Assembly: GCA_045535075.1 (NCBI GenBank)
Contig: JAZSKX010000018.1
Span: 128,001-192,000, forward strand
Source: Candidatus Spyradenecus sp.
GTDB lineage: Bacteria; Verrucomicrobiota; Verrucomicrobiia; Opitutales; UBA953
Direction of reading: 5' to 3'
DNA: 64,000 nucleotides
Shown: positions 57,365 to 64,000 of the stretch, piece by piece
How positions within the stretch are numbered: the first letter of the stretch is position 1
How the letters are laid out: each line of letters starts with the position of its first letter
Translations under genes and position numbers: made by a program
Notes under the pieces: model-generated
Told to the model about the DNA's origin: nothing
Databases searched by the model: none
The model's input: only the letters and a program-made list of their open reading frames with translations

Positions 57365-59274
57365 TGGACTCTGCAACGCTTCTCCAAACTCTTTTGCTGA
57401 CTCCGCTCGTCGCGGCGATTATTTCAGCATCGTTTTTCCGTCGTTCCCGCTGGGGAGCGCCGATCGTCTCGGTAACAGCAGCAGGAGTCATCCTCATTCT
57501 TTCTTTGCAGCTTCTGCTCGGACTTGATCCCGCAAACCCGACGGCAACGGCATCGTTCCCGGGATTCACGGTCGGCTCTTTCAAAGAACTTGAAACGTTC
57601 GGACTGATGATTGACAAAAATGGAGCCGCCATGCTCTTTGTCGTCACTTTCGTTGCATTTTGGATTCACGTATTTTCGGTCGGCTACATGGACGACGACA
57701 AGGCACGCGGGCGCTTCTTCACGGGCTTGAGCATCTTCATGTTCTCAATCCTCGGCATTATCCTCGCGAAGAATCTGTTCATGACGTTCATCTTCTGGGA
57801 ACTCGTCGGATTCAGCTCTTACATGCTCATCGCGCACTATTTCGAAACGGACTACGCGTCGATGGCTTCCAAGAAAGCATTTATCGCCAACCGAGTCGGC
57901 GACCTCGGATTCCTCATCGGGATTATTCTCTGCTACCACCTTTACGGGACGACCGATTTTGCGGCGCTACAGGCGGGAGGATTCGAAAAATCCACGGCAG
58001 TCGGCTTGCTTTTGATGTGCGGCTTCCTCGGAAAATCCGCTCAGTTCCCGCTTCACGTTTGGCTGACGGACGCAATGGCGGGCCCGACGCCGGTTTCGGC
58101 ACTCATCCACGCGGCAACGATGGTCGCCGCCGGGGTTTTCTTCATGGTCCGCATCTTCTTTATGCTCGACCCGATGGTGCTCGACACAATGCTTTGGCTC
58201 TGCGCAGGCATGGCGGCGCTTGCCGGACTTGCGGCACTCGGACAGACAGACATTAAGAAATCGTTGGCCTATTCGACGCTTTCGCACCTCGGATTCATGG
58301 GCGCGGCGATCGGCCTACGCATGCCGGAAATCGCCCTGCTTCACATGGCAATGCATGCGTTTTTCAAAGCGACGCTCTTCCTTTGCTCCGGTTCGATTAT
58401 TCACGCCTGCCACCACGAACAAGACATGACGAAGATGGGCGGCTTGCTCAAGAAAATGCCGATTACGGCGCTCGCATTCATCGTTGCCGGTCTTTCGATT
58501 GCTGCGTTCCCGTGGATGGCAGGATGGTACTCTAAAGACGCCATCATCTCCGGTGCCTACCTTTCGGGTAACCTCCCGGCGTTTGCGCTTCTAGTCATTG
58601 CCGCAATCGGAACCGCGCTCTACATCGGACGCATGTTCGCTATGGTTTTCCTCGGCAATCCGCACGGACACGGCGCCGAACACGCCAAGGAATCTTCGCC
58701 TTGGATGACGGTTCCGCTTATCGTTTTGGGCGTCATCTTCTCTCTCGGAGCCGGCTGGTTCCTCGCGGGAACGAACGGGCTCCCGTGGCTTGGCGGGAAA
58801 ATGAATGCTCTCTTCCCGCAAGTTGCAACAGAAGCACTTGCCGGCGGGTATCACGACTTGCACCATAAACTCGCAGAGCAAGGCTTGGTCACGCCGATGT
58901 TGCTCCTCGGGCTCGCAATCTTGGTCATCGGATTCGCAATCGCAATATTCTTCTACCGCACGAGCACCGGAAACGATCGCCTGCGCGAAACAAAACCGAC
59001 AGCCTACAAAGCGCTTGAATATCGTTACTGCGACACATTTTACAATTGGTACATCGCCAAGGTCCAACAGCGCTTTGCAATGCTTATCAGCCTGCTCGAC
59101 ACGGTCCTTATCAGCGGGCTCGGCATGCGCGTCATTGTCGCCGGTATTCCCGCGACCGTCGGCTCGCTGATTCGCCGCTTCGTACAAACGGGCAACAGTG
59201 CAGTCACGGTATTTTGGATCGCGGTCGGCTCACTGGTCATCGCCGCGTTGCTTGTTTCCGGCGTTCTTCAGTAA
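57364..59274 (+). CDS. nuoL: NADH-quinone oxidoreductase subunit L
   Basis: FWELVGFSSY, KAFIANRVGD, GKSAQFPLHVWLTDAMAGPTPVSALIHAATMV. Confidence 0.94.
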   Translation: MDSATLLQTLLLTPLVAAIISASFFRRSRWGAPIVSVTAAGVILILSLQLLLGLDPANPTATASFPGFTVGSFKELETFGLMIDKNGAAMLFVVTFVAFWIHVFSVGYMDDDKARGRFFTGLSIFMFSILGIILAKNLFMTFIFWELVGFSSYMLIAHYFETDYASMASKKAFIANRVGDLGFLIGIILCYHLYGTTDFAALQAGGFEKSTAVGLLLMCGFLGKSAQFPLHVWLTDAMAGPTPVSALIHAATMVAAGVFFMVRIFFMLDPMVLDTMLWLCAGMAALAGLAALGQTDIKKSLAYSTLSHLGFMGAAIGLRMPEIALLHMAMHAFFKATLFLCSGSIIHACHHEQDMTKMGGLLKKMPITALAFIVAGLSIAAFPWMAGWYSKDAIISGAYLSGNLPAFALLVIAAIGTALYIGRMFAMVFLGNPHGHGAEHAKESSPWMTVPLIVLGVIFSLGAGWFLAGTNGLPWLGGKMNALFPQVATEALAGGYHDLHHKLAEQGLVTPMLLLGLAILVIGFAIAIFFYRTSTGNDRLRETKPTAYKALEYRYCDTFYNWYIAKVQQRFAMLISLLDTVLISGLGMRVIVAGIPATVGSLIRRFVQTGNSAVTVFWIAVGSLVIAALLVSGVLQ

Positions 59275-59288
59275 TATAACTCCGAATG

Positions 59289-59327
59289 AAAAACGAATCT
59301 CCGTTCCCGCGGAGATTCGTTTTTTTT
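59289..59327 (+). terminator. Terminator after nuoL (motif spans the loop)
   Basis: aaaaacgaatctccg-ttcccg-cggagattcgtttttttt. Confidence 0.85.
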
Positions 59328-59410
59328 GCGTCTGCTTAATCGAATTTTAACAAATCGCCGATTGACGATTTTGTGAGATTCCGATAGTTTGAAACTCAAA
59401 TTCATTTTCT

Positions 59411-59824
59411 ATGACCACCATGTTATTCCTTGCAACCTCTTGGGGCGCAATCGGCTGGGTGATTCTTGGCACGATTGTTTTTATTATCTTAGTCGCCGCT
59501 TTAGGACGCGGCATTGCGGCGGCGTTCCCGCCGAGACCCGAACACATGTCGTCGTTTAAAAAACCGACAGCGAAAGCGACTCCGCTCGCCTCTCCCCGCA
59601 CCCCGGCAAGCATTCCCGCGTTGCGCGCTGCCAGCGATATTTCGCCGGAAATCATGGCCGTCATTGCCGCCTCGGTTGCGACCGTTTTGCAGGGACAAAA
59701 ATATAAAGTTCACAACGTTCGCCTCGCCGCAATGAAAACTCCAAACATTGAACACCTGATGACGGAATGGTCAATGGAAGGTCGCCGCCAAGTTTATTCC
59801 TCACACCAAATCGAACACCGCTAA
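59411..59824 (+). CDS. Na+-transporting decarboxylase gamma/delta-like subunit (OadG/MmdD-like)
   Basis: N-terminal TM, Pro/Ala linker, ISPEIMAVIAASV, WSMEGR. Confidence 0.75.
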   Translation: MTTMLFLATSWGAIGWVILGTIVFIILVAALGRGIAAAFPPRPEHMSSFKKPTAKATPLASPRTPASIPALRAASDISPEIMAVIAASVATVLQGQKYKVHNVRLAAMKTPNIEHLMTEWSMEGRRQVYSSHQIEHR

Positions 59825-59869
59825 AATTTATCGTCCTCTTATTTTTCAACCCTTAACTTTCTAATATTT

Positions 59870-60265
59870 ATGAAAAAACTTAAAGTCACCGTTAACGGCA
59901 AAGTTTATGAAGTTCTCGTAGAAATCGAAGGAGAAGCTTCCGCTCCCGCAGCTGCTCCGGCTCCCGCGCCCGTAAAACCGGCTCCGGTTGCCTCTGCTCC
60001 TGTTTCCGCTCCGGCTCCCGCGCCTGCACCGAAACCCGCAGCCCCTGTCGCCGCCGGTGCCGTTGTCGCTCCGTTGGCAGGAAAAGTCGTCGCAATCGAC
60101 GCGAAAGTCGGCGACGCCGTTAAGGAGGGCGATCAGATTCTGACACTCGAAGCCATGAAAATGAACACCTACATCTACGCAGATCGGGCAGGCAAAATTG
60201 CTTCGATTAACGTTTCCGTCGGGGACGGTGTAGAAGAAGGCCAAGCTCTCGTCACAATTGCCTAA
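59870..60265 (+). CDS. Biotin carboxyl carrier subunit of a Na+-transporting decarboxylase (MmdC-like)
   Basis: KVTVNGKVYEV, Ala/Pro linker, LEAMKM biotinylation motif. Confidence 0.9.
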   Translation: MKKLKVTVNGKVYEVLVEIEGEASAPAAAPAPAPVKPAPVASAPVSAPAPAPAPKPAAPVAAGAVVAPLAGKVVAIDAKVGDAVKEGDQILTLEAMKMNTYIYADRAGKIASINVSVGDGVEEGQALVTIA

Positions 60266-60305
60266 CCGGATTCCCGGCGGGAACGCTCTGAAAGGCGGAA
60301 TCTCT

Positions 60306-60473
60306 ATGTTTTCGTTGTTTGCGGCAACAGAACCGAGTGCGGTATTCGCATTGGAATGGCTTGCGTGGATTGTCCTCGTCGCCATCGCGGTCTCGGTTTT
60401 CATCGCGCTGACGATTAAATCGATCTATCTTGTCCTCCAGCTTTTTTCGAAGCCGGAAGCGAAAAAGAAATAA
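60306..60473 (+). CDS. Small single-TM protein in the decarboxylase cluster
   Basis: 55 aa, one long hydrophobic segment, basic tail; operon position. Confidence 0.55.
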   Translation: MFSLFAATEPSAVFALEWLAWIVLVAIAVSVFIALTIKSIYLVLQLFSKPEAKKK

Positions 60474-60499
60474 ACGCGGGAACGCCAATACTTAACGCT

Positions 60500-61981
60500 A
60501 TGGACATTGATATTGTTGATATTTTTCGTCAGCTTTTCCAAGGCATCACGACCCTCGTCGATTCAGATTCCACAATTCTCTGGGGGCGCATTGTTCTGAC
60601 GCTTTTAGGGATTGTGCTTGTTTTCCTCGGGCGCAAAGGGATTTTGGAACCGCTTCTGATGATTCCGATGGGACTCGGAATGGTTGCCGCCAACACCGGC
60701 GTCCTTTATTTGGACCCGGGAAACGGCGTACGCGCAGAACGAAACTATGACGCCCGCTGGATCAACACGGAAGACCGCACAGATATCCGCTATTTCACCG
60801 TAAAAGGAAATGAGGATTTCGCGGAACTGGCGAAAAATCCGTCCTACATCCCCGTTGACTCGGAAAAACATCTGGATGCGTTTATTGCCGCTGAAAGCTG
60901 CGTCATTCAAGATGCCGACGGGAAGACGCTAACGGGAACAGTCGTCGTTCCCGGGAACTTAAACCTCGAACCTTTGGTTCAGGATCCGGACAACGTTGTC
61001 AACCTTATGCAAGTTGACTGGATTCAACCGATTTACAACTTCGCGTTTTCAAACAATCTGATTGCCTGCTTCATCTTTATGGGAATCGGCGTGCTTTTGG
61101 ATGTCGGCTTCCTCATGGCGCGCCCGTTCCAAAGTATGTTTATGGCATTCTGCGCAGAGCTCGGAACGGTTGTTACGTTTCCCGTTGCCGTACTTTGCGG
61201 ACTCAACCTCGGTGAAGCAGCGTCCGTCGCACTCATCGGAGGCGCAGACGGTCCGATGGTGCTTTTCGGCTCACTACAGCTCGCCAAACATCTTTTTGTT
61301 CCGATTACGGTTGTCGCATATCTCTACCTCGGGATTACCTACGGAGCCTATCCTTTCCTAATTCGCTTCCTCGTTCCCGAAAAATTGCGTCGAGTTCGCA
61401 ATGCGGCACCGAAAAAGCCGGTCAAAGTTACGGCAACGGAAAAAATCGCATTCGCGGTTGTCGCCTGCGGCGTGCTTTGCCTCCTCTTTCCGGTGGGAAC
61501 GCCGCTCTTTTGCTCGCTCTTCGTCGGCGTTGCCGTACGTGAAGCCGGGATTCAATCTTTTGTTCGCCTGATCGACCAGGTGTTTCTCTACGGCGGAACG
61601 TTTTTCTTGGGACTCATCCTCGGTCTGCTCTGCTCTGCGGGAACGCTTCTTGACGAAAAGGTTTTGATTCTCCTCGTACTCGGGATTTTTGCGCTAACGA
61701 TTTCGGCAACCGGCGGCATTCTCGGCGGCTACGTTTTGTACCTGTTCTCCGGGCGCCGCTTCAATCCCGTTTGCGGGATTGCCGGAATTTCCTGTGTCCC
61801 GACTTGTGCAAAGATTGCCCAAAAGGAAGTCTCCCGCGTCGCACCGGATGTCATCGTTCTTCCTGATTCTCTCGGGATTAACATTTCCGGGGTTATCACC
61901 TCCGCAATCTTCACGGGTGTTTATATTGCACTCGTTCCGCAACTTGAAAAAATCTGGGCGCTGACAAGCGCGACACTCTAA
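60500..61981 (+). CDS. Na+-transporting carboxylic-acid decarboxylase beta subunit (OadB/MmdB family)
   Basis: EPLLMIPMGLG, FIFMGIG, AELG, IGGADGP, GISCVP motifs. Confidence 0.9.
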   Translation: MDIDIVDIFRQLFQGITTLVDSDSTILWGRIVLTLLGIVLVFLGRKGILEPLLMIPMGLGMVAANTGVLYLDPGNGVRAERNYDARWINTEDRTDIRYFTVKGNEDFAELAKNPSYIPVDSEKHLDAFIAAESCVIQDADGKTLTGTVVVPGNLNLEPLVQDPDNVVNLMQVDWIQPIYNFAFSNNLIACFIFMGIGVLLDVGFLMARPFQSMFMAFCAELGTVVTFPVAVLCGLNLGEAASVALIGGADGPMVLFGSLQLAKHLFVPITVVAYLYLGITYGAYPFLIRFLVPEKLRRVRNAAPKKPVKVTATEKIAFAVVACGVLCLLFPVGTPLFCSLFVGVAVREAGIQSFVRLIDQVFLYGGTFFLGLILGLLCSAGTLLDEKVLILLVLGIFALTISATGGILGGYVLYLFSGRRFNPVCGIAGISCVPTCAKIAQKEVSRVAPDVIVLPDSLGINISGVITSAIFTGVYIALVPQLEKIWALTSATL

Positions 61982-61997
61982 ATAAAAGCCGGCAAGC

Positions 61998-62210
61998 GTG
62001 AATCTACTTTCCGACCACAAGCATTGGATATACGGAATTGCCGTCGCGCTTGCCGGAGTTTTCCTCGCCAGGGGAATTAGCCCGAACCTGGAATCGGACG
62101 GCACTCGATTCGCCGTCTTATTATTGGGGCATTTTTCCTGCCTAATCGGGCTTTTCATCATCGCGAGAGGCGTTTTTCTCCGCCACCGAGAAGAAAATCG
62201 CGACGAATAA
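61998..62210 (+). CDS. Small 2-TM hypothetical protein
   Basis: Two hydrophobic segments; follows the beta subunit gene. Confidence 0.5.
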   Translation: MNLLSDHKHWIYGIAVALAGVFLARGISPNLESDGTRFAVLLLGHFSCLIGLFIIARGVFLRHREENRDE

Positions 62211-62418
62211 TGCAATCTTCTCACACGTTCCCGCAGGATTAAACTGCGGGATTTTTTGTACGACTCATTAAAATTTTCTCTTCCCAAACGGGAAAACTTC
62301 GTGCATGATTGTACTTCCTTTTGCTGTTCGGGCGGGTGCCCGTTCTTGCGAAAAAGGAAATTAATAACCATCAACCCTGCGCGGAATTCGCGTTCCCGCA
62401 GATACAGAAAGAATAAAT

Positions 62419-64000
62419 ATGTCCTCCATTATGGAACAGCTGCTCGCAGAAAGCGGCAGTCTTAACTCACTCATTCCGGGCTCGATCGTTAAGGGCACGG
62501 TTATCGAAATCCGCGACAACAGCGTTGTTGTCGATATCGGCGGAAAATCCGAAGGTGTCATTCCCGCAAACGAATTTGCGGATGTCAGCGAAATCCAAAT
62601 CGGCGACGAAATCGAAGTTTATTTGGAAAAAGCGGAAGATCGTAGCGGCGCTCCCGTCATCTCCTACGACAAAGCCCAACAGAAGAAAAACTGGGAAACA
62701 ATTGTCGCTGAATGCAAGGAAGGCTCTGTTATGCCCGGCCGCGTCAAAGCTAAGGTCAAAGGCGGACTCATCGTTTCGATGGGTATTGACGCGTTCCTTC
62801 CGGCTTCGCAAATCGACGTTCAGCCGCCGAAGAATCTCGACCAGTACATCGGTCAGACCTACGACTTTAAAATTCTCAAAATCAACCTGGAACGCAAAAA
62901 TCTCGTCATTTCGCGCCGCGAACTGATCGAAGAACAGCGCAACGAAAAGCGCCGCGCGCTTCTCGAAGAAGTTAAGCCGGGTGATATCCGCCGCGGTGTC
63001 GTCAAAAACATCACCGACTACGGAGCGTTCGTTGACCTCGACGGTCTCGACGGGCTTCTCCACATCACCGACATGAGCTGGGGCCGCATCTCGCACCCGA
63101 GCGAAGTTCTCAAAGTCGGCGAAGAAATCGACGTGATGATTATCGAAATCGATCGCGACCGCGAACGCGTTTCGCTCGGGCTCAAGCAATGCACGAGCAA
63201 TCCGTGGGATTCGATTGAAAAGAAATACCCGGTCGGCGCGAAAGTTCACGGTAAAGTCGTCAACCTCGTTCAGTACGGCGCGTTTGTCGAACTCGAACAA
63301 GGTGTTGAAGGCCTCGTTCACGTCACGGAACTTTCTTGGACGAAGCGCATCACAAAACCGTCTGATGTTCTCAAAATCGGGCAGGAAGTTGACGCTGTTA
63401 TCCTCGGCATCAACAAGGAAGAACAAAAGATTTCTCTCGGCATCCGTCAGCTCGAACAAAATCCGTGGGAAATGGTTCGCCACAACTACCCGGTCGGCGC
63501 TCGCGTTCACGGGAAAGTTCGCAACCTCACGACCTTCGGCGCATTCGTCGAACTCGAAGAAGGCATCGACGGCATGGTTCACGTTTCCGACATGAGCTGG
63601 ACGCGCCACATCAACCACCCGGGCGAAATGCTCAAGAAGGGTGACGAAGTCGAAGCCATTGTTCTTGATGTTGATGCGGACCAACAACGCATCGCCCTCG
63701 GTATCAAGCAGACGCAAGACGACCCGTGGGATGACATCGATCGCAAGTTCCACATCGGCGACATCGTTTCCGGCAAGGTTTCCAAGATTGCGAACTTCGG
63801 TGCCTTCATCGAACTCGCCGACGAAATCGACGGTCTTGTCCACATTTCGCAGATCAGCGAAGAACGCGTTGAAAAAATCAAAGACGTTCTCAAACTCGGC
63901 CAGGAAGTTTCGGCTCGCGTTATCAAAATCGACAAGGACGAACGCCGCATCGGGCTTTCCATCAAGGCAGCAAACTACGACCCGGCGCAACTCCAAGCGG
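62419..64000 (+). CDS. rpsA: 30S ribosomal protein S1 (3' end outside window)
   Basis: ATG at 62419: MSSIMEQLL...VVDIGGKSEG, AFLPASQID, YGAFVDLDGLDGLLHITDMSWGR; repeated S1 domains. Confidence 0.95.
   Translation, partial: MSSIMEQLLAESGSLNSLIPGSIVKGTVIEIRDNSVVVDIGGKSEGVIPANEFADVSEIQIGDEIEVYLEKAEDRSGAPVISYDKAQQKKNWETIVAECKEGSVMPGRVKAKVKGGLIVSMGIDAFLPASQIDVQPPKNLDQYIGQTYDFKILKINLERKNLVISRRELIEEQRNEKRRALLEEVKPGDIRRGVVKNITDYGAFVDLDGLDGLLHITDMSWGRISHPSEVLKVGEEIDVMIIEIDRDRERVSLGLKQCTSNPWDSIEKKYPVGAKVHGKVVNLVQYGAFVELEQGVEGLVHVTELSWTKRITKPSDVLKIGQEVDAVILGINKEEQKISLGIRQLEQNPWEMVRHNYPVGARVHGKVRNLTTFGAFVELEEGIDGMVHVSDMSWTRHINHPGEMLKKGDEVEAIVLDVDADQQRIALGIKQTQDDPWDDIDRKFHIGDIVSGKVSKIANFGAFIELADEIDGLVHISQISEERVEKIKDVLKLGQEVSARVIKIDKDERRIGLSIKAANYDPAQLQA

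Larger units (their letters stand above)
1..64000. repeat. Highly iterated dispersed oligomer GTTCCCG/CGGGAAC (extended consensus about GCGTTCCCGC), DNA-uptake-sequence-like
   Basis: Manual scan found about 220-230 exact 7-mers (about 160 GTTCCCG and about 63 CGGGAAC on the + strand), versus roughly 8-10 expected from base composition. Found in CDS in several frames, in intergenic DNA and as inverted pairs in terminators. Confidence 0.9.

Noticed and set aside
62467..63996. 509-aa minus-strand ORF
   Set aside because: Antisense shadow of rpsA, which is missing from the track because it lacks a stop in the window.
1..64000. The repeated motif as a CRISPR array, Chi site or ECF -35 (GGAAC) element
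   Set aside because: No regular repeat-spacer periodicity and no cas genes; both orientations are common; most copies lie inside CDS, far too many for promoters.
1..64000. tRNA, rRNA or riboswitch genes
   Set aside because: None recognisable by eye in the short intergenic regions; a covariance-model search would be needed to exclude them.

Overview
Bacterial chromosomal window, most likely Verrucomicrobiota/Opitutales-like (inferred from the PVC-signature small basic protein next to rpsU, PEP-CTERM proteins, LptB and PATR-type passengers). The first 12 kb is one giant minus-strand secreted beta-helix (autotransporter-passenger-like) ORF. It is missing from the ORF track because it runs off the window. 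The rest is mostly housekeeping (tgt, hisG, kbl, hisF, rpsU, rpmB, uvrA, polA, parA, pyrF, argA, rpmG, lptB, xerD, leuB, leuA, infA, rpsT, nuoJKL, Na+-decarboxylase subunits, rpsA), with PEP-CTERM surface-protein genes interspersed. The most striking signal is not a gene. A non-palindromic motif, core GTTCCCG/CGGGAAC (consensus about GCGTTCCCGC), occurs roughly 220-230 times by my manual count. It is on both strands, in several reading frames and in intergenic DNA, forms the stems of many terminators as inverted pairs, and is absent from ribosomal-protein genes. That pattern resembles Neisseria/Pasteurellaceae DNA uptake sequences, which I do not know to be described in this phylum. Other notable items: a tandem pair of signal-peptide-bearing coiled-coil ClpP proteases, a poly-G phase-variable promoter on a PEP-CTERM gene, a 185-bp palindromic MITE, a Leu-rich leader upstream of leuA, and two probable pseudoenzymes (thymidine-phosphorylase-like and RluA-like).
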